Below, one piece after another: positions 19,536-29,799 of a stretch of DNA of 64,000 nucleotides. Origin of the DNA: a bacterium (lineage in GTDB: Bacteria; UBA8248); NCBI GenBank assembly GCA_965219955.1, contig OZ244799.1, positions 3,200,001-3,264,000 of the forward strand, read 5' to 3'. Below the pieces are notes generated by a model that was not told the origin of the DNA, ran no database searches, and worked only from the letters and a program-made list of their open reading frames with translations. The translations under genes and the position numbers were made by a program. Within the stretch, counting starts at the first letter, position 1, and each line of letters begins with the position of its first letter.

Positions 19536-19571
19536 AAAAAAAGAGGCCGCCCCCGGCGGAGCGGCCCCTTT
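19536..19571 (-). terminator. Rho-independent terminator
   Basis: Minus strand reads AAAGGGGCCGCTCC-GCC-GGGGCGGCCTC-TTTTTTT, about 30 nt after the DUF296 gene. Confidence 0.8.
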
Positions 19572-19600
19572 AAGATGAATCCGGTTGATCCCCGATAAGA

Positions 19601-20206
19601 CTAACGCACCCCCTTGGGCTTGGGGCGCGCCTTGCGCCTGGTGATCTCTTTCTTGATCGCGGCGTCGGATTTCCCGTTCGTCTCGATGCCGAAGACCTCG
19701 CCGACGCGGGTGTGCTTGTCCATCAGGCGCATGAAGGAGATGTCCGACAATTCCGCGATCACCATCTCACAGGTGCTGAAGATGGTGCAGCCCTCCACGA
19801 GGTGGCCACCGAAGCACGTCGCCTCGGGCCGGCCCATCGAGATGGTGACGTGGGCGTGGAGGTAGGGCTCGCCCGCCTCGGTCTGGGTGATGTTGCCGCT
19901 CATCTGCAGGAGTTCGAGCGGGCCGTTGATCGGCGTGAAGATGCGGCAATCGTCGTTGATGGGGAACGGGTTGGGGAACTGCCAGACGTTTCTGAGGACC
20001 GCCTTTTGAAGGCTCGCCGCCACGCTCAGGATGACGCCCGCCTTCACGCCCTTCTCCTGGCAAATCTTGAGCGTGGTGCCGAACAGATCGTCGCCGGGCG
20101 CCATGCGGATGGCCAGGACGCGGCCGATGCCCGCCTCGGCCACGTCGTAGCGGGCCTTGCGGGTCTTCCAGTTGGAATTATCGAAACTCGTCAGTTTTCT
20201 CGCCAT
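19601..20206 (-). CDS. PPC/DUF296 domain protein
   Basis: IRMAPGDDL, LELLQMSGNI, HAHVTIS, GGHL, TCEMVI. Confidence 0.88.
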   Translation of the reverse strand: MARKLTSFDNSNWKTRKARYDVAEAGIGRVLAIRMAPGDDLFGTTLKICQEKGVKAGVILSVAASLQKAVLRNVWQFPNPFPINDDCRIFTPINGPLELLQMSGNITQTEAGEPYLHAHVTISMGRPEATCFGGHLVEGCTIFSTCEMVIAELSDISFMRLMDKHTRVGEVFGIETNGKSDAAIKKEITRRKARPKPKGVR

Positions 20207-20337
20207 GGATACTCATTCTCCCTGAGAGGCGTCCCGCCTCGTATGTGAAAAGATACGTTGAACGCGAAATTTTCGGGGTTATACCACACCGGATGCGCGC
20301 GCGCATTCCGGGTCTGGATACGCGCGGCGAAACCGCC

Positions 20338-21612
20338 TCAAGCGCTCGGCGCTTCGTAGCGGACCTCCCCGTTCGTGACGGTGCAGACGACGAACGCGTC
20401 CTCATCGAACACGTCGCCCAGGTGCAAACCGCCCAAGCCGCGCGGCGGGCAGACGACGCAGAAATCCGCCGCGCCGCCGGGCTTCAGGACGCCCAGGCCC
20501 TCGAAGCCGAGCGCCTCGGCGCCCGAGCGGGTGCACATCTCGAGCAGTTCGGCGTCGCTTATCTCCGCATCCGCCTCCCTGAGCGCGCGGGCCTCATCCA
20601 GGAGCGAGAGCGAGGGGCTGCTCGCCAGGCTGTCGGTTCCCAGGCAAAGCTCCAGACCCGCCTCGCGCATGCGCGCCGCATCGGCGAAGGGATGATCGAA
20701 AAAACGCGCCGACCGCGGACAAAGGCAAACGCGCACCCCGTTCTTCCTCAAGAGCGTCCAGTCCTCCGCGTTCGTCTGGTTCGCGTGAACGGCGAGGGCG
20801 AGGCCGCCCAGCGCGCCCGCCAGATCGAGATGGGCGGCGGGCCGAAGCCCCGAGGGCCTGAAGCCGTCCAGCGCGCCGTTCAGCGCCCGGTGGACCCTCG
20901 CAAGCGCGCCGCCGCCGTCTTGCAGGAATTCGACCTCCTCAGCGCTCTCGCCCAGGTGCGTCGCCACGGGCCAGCCCCTCGCCCTCGCTTCAACGAGTAC
21001 CGCGCGGTAGAGGGCGAGCGATGCGCTATAGGGCGCATGGGGGCTCAGGCCGTGCCGCACGGCGCCCGGTATGGGGCCTTCGTATTCGGGGAAGAGGTCG
21101 CAGGCCTTCATTTTTTCCGCCAGAATCTCGTCGGCCCGCTCAGGGTCCAGCCCGAGCACCTCGTGGAACACCACCCCGCGCATCCCTCCGCCCGCCATCG
21201 CCGTGGCGCTCTCGCCAGAGGCCGATACGTCGCCGGCGCAGGTGACGCCCGCCGCGAGGCTCGCGGCGGCGCCGATTTGGGCCGAGGACAGGAACAGATG
21301 CGCGGGCCAGCCTCTCATCTCGCGCACGAGGGAGACGATCCACTCCTCCATCGGCCCGGGCTCGCGCTTGAGACCCGAGAGTTCGAGGTGCGTATGCGCG
21401 TTCACGAGGCCGGGAATCAGGATGGCGCGCCCGAAATCGCGCTCCCCGGCCACGGGTTCGGCGGGACGAACGAAGGCCTCCTCGCCCACCGCCAGAACGC
21501 GGCCCCCGGAAGTCAGTATCGCCCCGCGCCGGATGGGCGGCCCGTCCACCGGACAGACCAGGTCCGCCAGCCAAAGCTCCATCTTCTGCGCCTGGGGAGG
21601 TTCCGTCGTCAC
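20338..21612 (-). CDS. Amidohydrolase, probable aminofutalosine deaminase
   Basis: PGLVNAHTHLE, SPHAPYS, HLGES, GTDSLAS; lies immediately downstream of mqnC. The substrate is inferred from context. Confidence 0.8.
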   Translation of the reverse strand: MTTEPPQAQKMELWLADLVCPVDGPPIRRGAILTSGGRVLAVGEEAFVRPAEPVAGERDFGRAILIPGLVNAHTHLELSGLKREPGPMEEWIVSLVREMRGWPAHLFLSSAQIGAAASLAAGVTCAGDVSASGESATAMAGGGMRGVVFHEVLGLDPERADEILAEKMKACDLFPEYEGPIPGAVRHGLSPHAPYSASLALYRAVLVEARARGWPVATHLGESAEEVEFLQDGGGALARVHRALNGALDGFRPSGLRPAAHLDLAGALGGLALAVHANQTNAEDWTLLRKNGVRVCLCPRSARFFDHPFADAARMREAGLELCLGTDSLASSPSLSLLDEARALREADAEISDAELLEMCTRSGAEALGFEGLGVLKPGGAADFCVVCPPRGLGGLHLGDVFDEDAFVVCTVTNGEVRYEAPSA

Positions 21613-21624
21613 GGGAGAGCGTTG

Positions 21625-22728
21625 CTAGATCAATTCGTAGAAGAAATTGCGCCGCCTGGGCGTAAAGCCCGCGTTCCGCGCCATGCGGTGGAGGTCGTCC
21701 TCGTTCAAAGCATAGGTCGTGCCGGCGGCGCTCACCACGTTTTCCTCCAGCATGGTGGAGCCCATGTCGTTGCAGCCGTAGTGCAGCGAAATCTCGCCTA
21801 TCTTCATCCCCTGCGTCACCCAGGAGGACTGGAAGTTCGCGATGTTGTCCAGATACAGACGGCTGATCGCCAGCATCCTCAAATACTCGCTGCTGCCCAC
21901 CGTCTGCGCCTTGAGCGGCGCCGCGCCGTCGTTCTGGAATGTCCAGCAGATATAGGCCGTGAAGCCGCCCGTCTCGTCCTGTAGCTCGCGCAGGCGGTGT
22001 AAATGCTCGACCCGTTCGGCATCCGTCTCCACGTGGCCGAACATCATCGTGGCGCTGGAGCGGATGCCCAGGTTGTGGGCGACGCGCATGACCTCGAGCC
22101 AGCCCTCGGTATCGACTTTGAGCCTCGAAATCTTCTCCCGCACGCGGTCGACGAGAATCTCGCCGCCGCCGCCCGGCACGGAATCGAGGCCCGCCGTGCG
22201 CAGGCGCGTGAGCACCACCTCATAGGGCATGTCTTCCAGCCTCGCGATGTGGTGAATCTCCGGCGGACTGAGCGCATGGAGATGGAGGTCGGGGAATTCC
22301 CCCTTTATCCAGGAGAAGAGCTCCTCGTACCACTCGATTCGGAGGTCCGGATGGTGGCCCCCCTGGAGCAGGATCTGTCTGCCGCCGACGGCGTAGAGTT
22401 CGTCGAGTTTCTGCCGAATCTCCTCGCGCGTGCGGATGTAGGCCTCGGGATGATCGCCCGGCGGGCGGTAGAACGCGCAGAAAGTGCAGTAGACGTCGCA
22501 CACGTTCGTGTAGTTGATGTTCCTGTCCACGCAGTAGGTGGCGTAGCCCTCGGGATGAAGGCGCGCGCGAACGTCATCCGCCGCGGCGCCGAGCGCGACC
22601 AGGTCGTCGCCTTCGAGCAGGGCGAGCCCCTCCTCGAAAGAGAGCCGCTCGCCTCCCGCCGCCTTTTCGATCGCATCGTAGAACGCCGTCGTCGCCGTGG
22701 TCATGGATTTCCTCGGATGTAGTTCCAA
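21625..22728 (-). CDS. mqnC: Cyclic dehypoxanthine futalosine synthase (radical SAM)
   Basis: DRNINYTNVCDVYCTFCAFYR, LLQGGHHP, SVPGGGGEIL, NDMGSTMLEENVVSAAG. Start may be 22704. Confidence 0.93.
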   Translation of the reverse strand: MELHPRKSMTTATTAFYDAIEKAAGGERLSFEEGLALLEGDDLVALGAAADDVRARLHPEGYATYCVDRNINYTNVCDVYCTFCAFYRPPGDHPEAYIRTREEIRQKLDELYAVGGRQILLQGGHHPDLRIEWYEELFSWIKGEFPDLHLHALSPPEIHHIARLEDMPYEVVLTRLRTAGLDSVPGGGGEILVDRVREKISRLKVDTEGWLEVMRVAHNLGIRSSATMMFGHVETDAERVEHLHRLRELQDETGGFTAYICWTFQNDGAAPLKAQTVGSSEYLRMLAISRLYLDNIANFQSSWVTQGMKIGEISLHYGCNDMGSTMLEENVVSAAGTTYALNEDDLHRMARNAGFTPRRRNFFYELI

Positions 22729-22790
22729 GCCTCCCGAATAATGCGCGAGAGACTTGAGCAGGTCAACAGATGAAACCGGCGGGGAGAATG

Positions 22791-23112
22791 GGGGTGTTGG
22801 ACAAGTCCTGTCCGCCCTTGGAGATTATTCGCCGTAGGGACAGGCCCCCGTGCCTGTCCGTGGCCCTCGCGCCCTCGCTGTATCGGAGTGAATACGACCG
22901 ACGGGCGGCCACAGGGGGCCGCCCCTACGAACCCCCCCTACCCCCCTTGTCAGGGGTCAAACGCGAGTGATGAACGAGCGTTTGCATGAGCCATTAACGA
23001 GAAACACATCGTCTTGCAAAACCTCCCTCTTCGGTCGGTTTTGACCCCTGACAAGGGGGGGTAGGGGGGGTTGCTTTTATCCCCTGAGGAGGGGGGCTTT
23101 TTCAATAGTCCC
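22791..23112. repeat. Composite palindromic repeat array
   Basis: Heterologous GTAG doublet (22833-22928), CCCCCCTACCCCCCTTGTCAGGGG / CCCCTGACAAGGGGGGTAGGGGGG pair, terminus TTTTTCAATAGTCCC. Confidence 0.88.
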
Positions 23113-24826
23113 GACTCGTTCTCCGCTCCGGCGCCACGTCGCGGGGATTCTCGACCGCGCGGATGGTGAGGGGCGCTGCGCGGTTTCTTACCTCGATCTG
23201 GTGCGCGGGAAAGGCGGAGACGTCCGCGCCCGCGCGCTCGGCCACCTGGGCGGAGATGACGAGCCTGCAACCGTATTCCTTGGTCAGGTCCTGTAAGCGG
23301 CTGGCCGTGTTCACCGTATCGCCCACCGCCGTGAGATACTTCGCCACGCCGCGGCCCATGTGGCCCACCACGGTGGGGCCGGTGTGTATGCCGACCCCGA
23401 CGCGGAGGGGTTCCTCCAGTTCATCGGCAAGCGTCTCGCTCATCTCCTCGATCGCTTCCACGATGGCGCAGGCGGCCGCCAGGGCCTGCCTGCATCCCTC
23501 CTCGGGGCCTCCTTCCACGCCGAAGAGCGCCATGACGCCGTCTCCCACGAACTGGTTGATGAGACCCCCCTCCTTCGTGATCGCCTCGCCCATCACGTCG
23601 AAGTAGCAATTGAGGAAGAACACGACGTCGTAGGGGAGTTTCTTCTCCGCGATGCGGGTGAAGCCCCTGAGATCCGCGAAGAGGACGGCCACGCCGCGCT
23701 CCTGGCCTGCGGCGTAGCCCTTTTGCGCGAAACCCTGCGCCGCGTCCGCGCCTGCGGGCAGCAGGAGCAGCACCGAGAGGTCCGCCCCCGGCCGCAACTG
23801 GCACGCCAGGCGAACGTCGGGCGCGGCCTTGATGCGCTCCAGAACGCGCTGCTCCTCGGGCTGTGCGGGTGGTATGGCATCCGCCCCGCCCAGCAGTTTC
23901 ACCCGGCAGGTGGAGCACCGCCCGCGCCCCCCGCATACGGAGGCATGCGGTATATCTGCGGCCCGGCTCGCCTCCAGCACGGTGGAGCCCACCGGCGCGA
24001 CGGCCTCGCGCCCGCCCGCATAGGCGACGCGGAACGTCTTTCGCATCCGCTCCCGCGCACTGCGCGCTCCCCTGGCTGCGAACACCAGCGCAATCAGGCC
24101 CAGATAGCCCCACCAGAGCGTGTCGCGCGCGAGGTGGAGTTCTCCCCTCTGGGCGCGGTTCGGCATCCCGGTGCGGCTGAGCATCGCGCGCCGCCACTCC
24201 GCGTCCACCGAGAGCCTCGCCGCCTCGCGACCGCCCTGGCTGAAGCCCGCCAGCGAAAGAGCGGCGATGAGCACCATGACGGACAGACACGCCGGGAACC
24301 ACTTGGAGTACCAGGGCTTGAGCCTCAGCCAGTAGTGGAGGCCCACGCAGGCGTGCGCCCAGGCGATGAGCAGAAAAATCGACTGCTTGAGGCCCACGTC
24401 CGGAGAGCGCTCCCAGTAGAGGTACATCAGGCGCTCGTAGGTATCGATCGTGCCGAACCACTCATGGGCCAGGCGCGTGCCCACGACGTGCGAGATCATG
24501 AACAGGGGGATGGACAGACCCAAAATGATCTGGACGGCTTCCCACAGCGGCATCCTGAGGCTGCGGCGGTTGAACAGGCCGTACATCGCAAGCGCCGTAT
24601 GCAGGATGAGCGAACTGTAAAAGAGCACCGAACCCGGAACGCTCCGCCAGAACCCCAGAAACCAGTATCTGCCCGCGTCCATCGCGGCGAGCGAGGCCAG
24701 ACCCAGGGCGTGGTTCAGAAGATGGGTGATGAGAAAGAGGAAAAGGACGCAGCCGGTCGCGAGACTCATGCGTCTGCGCCAGTGTTCGATTTTCGAGGCG
24801 GCGGCAGACGCTTCCGTGGTCATCAA
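23102..24826 (-). CDS. Class III nucleotidyl cyclase with His-rich membrane domain and 2Fe-2S ferredoxin (CyaC-like architecture)
   Basis: TM histidines (THLLNH, HT, SHVVGTR, HACVGLH); CGGRGRCSTC...RLACQ; FADLRGFT, GDGVMALFG, GDTVNTASRL. Confidence 0.92.
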   Translation of the reverse strand: MMTTEASAAASKIEHWRRRMSLATGCVLFLFLITHLLNHALGLASLAAMDAGRYWFLGFWRSVPGSVLFYSSLILHTALAMYGLFNRRSLRMPLWEAVQIILGLSIPLFMISHVVGTRLAHEWFGTIDTYERLMYLYWERSPDVGLKQSIFLLIAWAHACVGLHYWLRLKPWYSKWFPACLSVMVLIAALSLAGFSQGGREAARLSVDAEWRRAMLSRTGMPNRAQRGELHLARDTLWWGYLGLIALVFAARGARSARERMRKTFRVAYAGGREAVAPVGSTVLEASRAADIPHASVCGGRGRCSTCRVKLLGGADAIPPAQPEEQRVLERIKAAPDVRLACQLRPGADLSVLLLLPAGADAAQGFAQKGYAAGQERGVAVLFADLRGFTRIAEKKLPYDVVFFLNCYFDVMGEAITKEGGLINQFVGDGVMALFGVEGGPEEGCRQALAAACAIVEAIEEMSETLADELEEPLRVGVGIHTGPTVVGHMGRGVAKYLTAVGDTVNTASRLQDLTKEYGCRLVISAQVAERAGADVSAFPAHQIEVRNRAAPLTIRAVENPRDVAPERRTSRDY

Positions 24827-24837
24827 ACCAACCTCCA

Positions 24838-25217
24838 GGGGGTTGTTGAAAAAACCCCGTTTCGGGAGCGGGCGGTCGGCTCACGCGGCGGCGGAGAGGG
24901 AACCCAATCGACGAAAGAGGCCGCGATGTTGGCGCCGACGGCGTTTTCGGGCGGCGCAGGCTCTCGCCTTGAAAACCAACCCCCTACCCCCCCCTTGTCG
25001 GGCCTGATGAAAAAGCCTGGTCTGCCCCTCCGCAAACCGCCAACACCTCTTTCCTCACCCTGAGTAGCCGCCGAAGGCGGCGTATCGAAGGGCGCGGAGA
25101 GTCGAACGCCTCGCGCCGGGTGAGGGCAAACACTCATTCATCAATCGCATTTGACCTTCGATACGCGGCTCCGCCGCTACTCAGGATGAAGCGGAAGGGG
25201 GTTTTTCAACAGTCCCC
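24838..25217. repeat. Composite palindromic repeat array
   Basis: GGGGGTTGTTGAAAAA (24838) to TTTTTCAACAGTCCCC (25217), containing CCTCACCCTGAGTAGCCGCCGAAGGCGGCGTATCGAAGGG ... CCTTCGATACGCGGC...CTACTCAGGATGA. Confidence 0.9.
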
Positions 25218-25228
25218 CAAAAGACGAA

Positions 25229-26020
25229 TCAGAGTGGGTTGTTCTCCAGAAACTTTTCCATCTCCGCGATGAAGGCCTCGGGCTGATCCCAGAAGGAGCT
25301 GTGGCCCGCATCGGGGATGATCGAAGTCGTGCAATCGGGCACGTGCTTCGCGTACACTTCGCTGAAATCGATGGGGCCGGCGTCGTTCTCCCCGTGGCAC
25401 ACCCAGGTGGGGACGGAGATTCTGTGCAGTTCGTCTCTTAAAACCGGTATCGTGAACAGCGCGTGCGCGGTATCGGCGAACGTCTGCGGCGTGTTCTTGA
25501 GGAAATTCTCTCTATACTCCGCCGCCAGGGGTCCCTCGCGCATTCCCTCGGGGACTTCGTCGCGGCGCAGCTTGAATTCGTGCAACGCTTCCATCCCTTC
25601 GGCTTCGGCCACCTTCAGGTGCTCCTCGAACATCTGCCGGTACGCGCCCGAGGGCGGGCCTGCGGACGAGGCGGAGAGCATGAGGCGGCTCAGTCGCCCG
25701 GAATGCTGGATACCCACCATGGTGCCCGTGCGCCCGCCCATGCTGTGGCCGAGATAATCCACCCGCTCGATGCCGAGCGCGTCCAGAAAGCCCACGACGT
25801 CATCCGCGAAGGCCTGGATGGTGTAGGGGCCGCGCGGCTTGTCCGAATCGCCGTGTCCGCGCAGGTCGAGCGCGTAGACGCGGAAGCGCTCCGAGAGCCA
25901 GTCGAAGAGAGGGGTAAAGCTGAAGTGCGAGTTCTGGAACCCGTGCACCGCAAGGAGCGGCGTTCCTTCGCCTCGTTCGATGTAATGGATGTCGATTCCG
26001 TTCACGCGCGCTTTCGGCAA
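25229..26020 (-). CDS. Alpha/beta hydrolase
   Basis: HGF, DLRGHGDS, GHSMGG nucleophile elbow, GEND, AGH; TTG start after GGAG. Confidence 0.92.
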   Translation of the reverse strand: MPKARVNGIDIHYIERGEGTPLLAVHGFQNSHFSFTPLFDWLSERFRVYALDLRGHGDSDKPRGPYTIQAFADDVVGFLDALGIERVDYLGHSMGGRTGTMVGIQHSGRLSRLMLSASSAGPPSGAYRQMFEEHLKVAEAEGMEALHEFKLRRDEVPEGMREGPLAAEYRENFLKNTPQTFADTAHALFTIPVLRDELHRISVPTWVCHGENDAGPIDFSEVYAKHVPDCTTSIIPDAGHSSFWDQPEAFIAEMEKFLENNPL

Positions 26021-26091
26021 GGTTTTTCTCCTTATATTTCGCCACGTCTCATCAATAATCGACGCTGTCGTTCTTTAGACGCTTCAAAGTT

Positions 26092-27513
26092 TCACGCCTC
26101 TACAGGAGGCCGTTCGTTCCTGAGTTCGGGCGTGGCTTCCTCATAGGCGTGCGCGGCGCGCAGGACGTCCGCCTCGCGCCAGGGGCCGCCCGCGATCTGG
26201 AGCGACATCGGCATCCCTTCCGAGTTCCGGCCCATCGGGGTGACGAGCGCCGGGAAGCCCGTGGCGTTGTGCGGCGCCAGGAACGGCCTGTGGATGTTCT
26301 TATAAGATACGTCGCGCCCGTTCATCCGCGCGGTGAGCGTCGCAATCGGCGGGGCGACGCAGGGCATGGCGGGCTGGATGAGGGCGTCGGCGCCCTCAAA
26401 GAACGCGGCGACCTCGCGCTGCGCGAGTACGCGTTCTCTGAGCGCGCGCACGTAATCATCAGGCTTAATCTCGAACGACCACTCAATGCGCTCGCGCACG
26501 TCCTCCCCGTAGCCATCCGGGTCTTGCTCGAAATACGGTCTGTGGAACTCGCTGAATTCCGGCCCCGAGATGAGGGGGAAGAAATCCATCAGCCTCTTAT
26601 GGTGCGCGAAGGAGACCTCTTCCACCTCGGCGCCCAAGCCGCGGAACACCTCCACCGCCGCCTCGAACGCCGCCGTGATCTCCGAATCCACCTCGGCGCC
26701 CCCGTGAAAATCGGGACACACGAGAATGCGGCTGCCGCGCACGCCGTCCTCTATTCCCGCGGTGTAGTCGGGGACGGGGACGTTCTGCGATTTCGAATCC
26801 TTGGCGTCATAGCCCGCCACTGCCTGGAGCATGAGGCCTGCGTCGCGCGCGGTGCGCGTCATGGGGCCCGCGTGGTCCAGGCTCAGGGCGTTGGGGCAGA
26901 TGCCCCGAATGCTCACCCGGCCGTAGGTGGCCTTCAACCCCACGCCCCCGCACAGGGAAGCGGGATTGCGGATGGAGCCGCCCGTATCCGTGCCGATGGC
27001 GCAAGGCGCCAGGCCCGCCGCACAGGCCGCGCCCGAGCCGCCGCTCGAGCCGCCGACGATGCGCTCGGTATCCCAGGGGTTCCGCACCGTGCCGTAGTGG
27101 GGGTTGATGCTCACCGCCGCAGCCGCGAACTCGTGCGTGACCGTCTTGCCGAGCATCACCGCGCCCGCGTCCTTGAGACGCCTGATGATCTCCGCGTCCG
27201 CACGCGGCACGTTGTCGCGGTGAAAGGAGGAACCGTGCGTGGTGAGCACGCCCGCCGTCTCGACGATGTCCTTGGCGCCGTAAGGAATCCCGTGCATGGG
27301 ACCCCGCCACCCGCCGCTCATGATCTCGGCCTCAGCGGCGCGCGCCGCTTCCAAGGCGAGTTCCGCCGTCACCGTCTGGTAGGCGAACAGCTTCGGGTTC
27401 ACCGCCTCGATGCGGCGCAGGTGGGCTTCCGCCACCTCGACGGGGGAGATTTCCTTCTTGCGGATCATCGTCGCCAGGTCGTGAATGCTCGCGAAGCAAA
27501 GGTCGTCGCTCAT
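26092..27513 (-). CDS. Amidase-signature (GatA-like) enzyme; in frame with and not separated by a stop from upstream mqnA
   Basis: GIPYGAKD, GGSSGGS, GTDTGGSIRNPA; own SD GGGGAGG and ATG at 27513. Confidence 0.9.
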   Translation of the reverse strand: MSDDLCFASIHDLATMIRKKEISPVEVAEAHLRRIEAVNPKLFAYQTVTAELALEAARAAEAEIMSGGWRGPMHGIPYGAKDIVETAGVLTTHGSSFHRDNVPRADAEIIRRLKDAGAVMLGKTVTHEFAAAAVSINPHYGTVRNPWDTERIVGGSSGGSGAACAAGLAPCAIGTDTGGSIRNPASLCGGVGLKATYGRVSIRGICPNALSLDHAGPMTRTARDAGLMLQAVAGYDAKDSKSQNVPVPDYTAGIEDGVRGSRILVCPDFHGGAEVDSEITAAFEAAVEVFRGLGAEVEEVSFAHHKRLMDFFPLISGPEFSEFHRPYFEQDPDGYGEDVRERIEWSFEIKPDDYVRALRERVLAQREVAAFFEGADALIQPAMPCVAPPIATLTARMNGRDVSYKNIHRPFLAPHNATGFPALVTPMGRNSEGMPMSLQIAGGPWREADVLRAAHAYEEATPELRNERPPVEA

Positions 27514-28341
27514 GTCGTCCTCCCCGGATGTCGTGTTATTCACCACTTCCACGCGGGCGCCTGCCTCATCGACGAGGCGAGGCTCCCAGCCCTCGGACGC
27601 CAGGCCGTCCCCGACGAGCAGCTCATAATAGCGCCCCAGGCCTTCGAGTTCCTCATCGCCCACATCGTAGCGGATGCACTCGGTGAGATAACACCACGCC
27701 GTGTTCCTGTCGACGCCGGGCGGAAGCGGGCCGTTCACGATCTCCTCAATCCGTCCCACGCCCTCTTTCTTCGCGTTCTGAAGCAGCGCGGCGGCCTCCG
27801 CGTCTCCCGCTCCCGGTCGGAACACCCAGAGCGCGTAGACGAAGGGAAGCCCGGTGAAATTCTGCCACTCCTCGCCCAGGTCGAGCACGTAGTGATCGCC
27901 CGGCGGCTCCCTGAGCGCGTTGTCGCCGATGAGCAAGAAGGCGTCGAGCGACTCGTCATCACGCGGGGGGCGCGTCGGGTCGATGGGCACGAACTCGGGC
28001 TCCGCCCCCCAGCGGTGCTTGAGATAGACGCGCGCCATGTTCGTCGCGGCGAGCGACCAGCTGTCCAGCCCCACGCGGCGCAGCGAATCCGCGGGCTTCC
28101 GGCAATAGAGCCTGATGCTCTCCACCGGGCCTTTGCTCGCGATGCCGACGCCGGGTGCGAAGCGCGCGCCGCGCATCCCGAAAAGGGCGAACGAGGAGAC
28201 GAGCGCGCCGTCCAGTTCTCCGCGCTCCAGCATTTCCGCCAGCTTCGAGGGGGGTTCGACGATGAGTTCGACCGCCGGGTTCCCCTCCAGCGCAATCGTG
28301 AGGGGTCTGGCGTTCAGGAAGGGAACGGTGCCGAGCTTCAT
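27514..28341 (-). CDS. mqnA: Chorismate dehydratase (futalosine pathway); reads through in frame into the amidase
   Basis: LGTVPFLNARPL, GIASKGPVESI, LLIGDNAL, DLGEEW..FTGLPFVYALW; follows mqnE. No in-frame stop until 26092. Confidence 0.9.
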
Positions 28342-28349
28342 GGGGACGC

Positions 28350-29489
28350 TCAGGCGTGAACTGCCCATTGATCTCCCTGGCGCGTGACTTCCCGGTAGAG
28401 CGTGTCGCGCTCGACGGGCTCGCGCCCCGCCTCACGGATGAGGCGGCGGATGTCGTTCACGGTGAGTTCGTGCGGCGTCTTGGCGCCCGCCATGTGGTAG
28501 ATCTTCTCCTGCACGACGGTGCCGTCCAGGTCGTCCACGCCGAAGCGCTGCGAGATCTGCGCGACAGGCTGCCCCACCATGATCCAGTAGGCCTTGATGT
28601 GGGGAATGTTGTCGAGCAGGAGGCGGCCGACGGCGTAGTTTCTGACGTCGAGCATCCCGCCCGTGGGGGGGATGTCGTCCATCTGCGTGTTCTCGGGATG
28701 GAACGCGAGCGGGATGAAGGTGGTGAACCCGCCCGTCTCGTCCTGCAACTCCCGGAGCCTGAGCATGTGGTCCACGCGGTCCTCGTTCGATTCCACGTGG
28801 CCGTAGAGCATGGTGCAGGTGCTGCGGATGCCCTTGTTGTGGGCGATCCGGTGGATTTCGAGCCAGTCCTCGCCCGAGTGCTTGCCCTTGCAGATCTTGG
28901 AGCGCGTGGGTTCGGCGAAAATCTCGGCGCCTCCGCCCGTGAGGGAGCCGAGGCCTGAGCGCACCAGATGATCCAGCGTCTCCTCCACGCTCATCTTCGC
29001 CACGTGATCGGCGAGAAAGCGGATCTCCGTCGCCGTGAAGACCTTGAGATGAAGCTGGGGGTGAATCTCCTTGATGCCCTGGATCATTTCCAGATAATAA
29101 TCGAAGGGCAGATCGGGATGCAGGCCGCCCACCATGTGGAACTCGGTGCGGCCCCGGCCCAGCGTCTCCGCCATCTTGAAGATTTCCTCGAGCGAATACG
29201 CATAGGCGTCCTGCTGGCCTTCCTTCTTGCCGAACGCGCAGAACTTGCACGCCTTCCACAGCACGCAGATGTTCGAATAGTTGATGTGGCTGTTCACGTT
29301 GTAGTAGGTGCGGTTCCCGTGGAGGCGCTCGCGGGCGATGTTCGCCAGGTAGCCGACGGCGTTGATGTCTTCGGCCTCGTAGAGGCGCACGCCCTCCTCG
29401 AAAGTGAGGCGCAGCCCCGCCTCGACTTTTTCGAGGATATCGCCCAGAGGGCCGCCCTGGACGCGCGAGCGCATGAAGTCCCGGCTCAT
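28350..29489 (-). CDS. mqnE: Aminofutalosine synthase (radical SAM)
   Basis: HINYSNICVLWKACKFCAF, HMVGGLHP, GGGAEIF, HIKAYWIM, DDLDGTVVQEKIYHMAGA, PVERDTLY. Confidence 0.93.
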   Translation of the reverse strand: MSRDFMRSRVQGGPLGDILEKVEAGLRLTFEEGVRLYEAEDINAVGYLANIARERLHGNRTYYNVNSHINYSNICVLWKACKFCAFGKKEGQQDAYAYSLEEIFKMAETLGRGRTEFHMVGGLHPDLPFDYYLEMIQGIKEIHPQLHLKVFTATEIRFLADHVAKMSVEETLDHLVRSGLGSLTGGGAEIFAEPTRSKICKGKHSGEDWLEIHRIAHNKGIRSTCTMLYGHVESNEDRVDHMLRLRELQDETGGFTTFIPLAFHPENTQMDDIPPTGGMLDVRNYAVGRLLLDNIPHIKAYWIMVGQPVAQISQRFGVDDLDGTVVQEKIYHMAGAKTPHELTVNDIRRLIREAGREPVERDTLYREVTRQGDQWAVHA

Positions 29490-29603
29490 GGTTCACCTTC
29501 CGTTTTTTCGTATCACCCGAGAATCGACCTGCCCGGTGACGCAGGAGCGCATTCTGGCGGCTGGATGGAGGGATGTCAACGCGGGGGAGGGGTGGGGAAG
29601 GCT

Positions 29604-29799
29604 TGGTGTTGGAAAACCACGGGGGAGTGTTTCAAGCAGGATCTGTTCGGGGCTGTTCAAAAACCCCTCGTCGGGAGCGTCGCATGTGCCCCCTGACAAG
29701 GGGAGTTGGGGGTTCCGTAGGGGCCGCATATATGCGGCCCCTACAAAACCATCGCCTTTGGAAACCATCCCCCTCCTCAAGGGGCTTTTTCAACTGCCC
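29604..29799. repeat. Composite palindromic repeat array
   Basis: GGGGCTGTTCAAAAA (~29649); perfect palindrome GTAGGGGCCGCATATATGCGGCCCCTAC (29717-29744); TTTTTCAACTGCCC (29786-29799). Confidence 0.88.

Noticed and set aside
26149-28359. Long antisense ORFs (also 2199-3680, 20245-21984, 23360-25063, 34275-35831, 38004-39671)
   Set aside because: These are shadow frames expected in high-GC coding DNA, lie opposite well-supported genes, and have no recognisable motifs.
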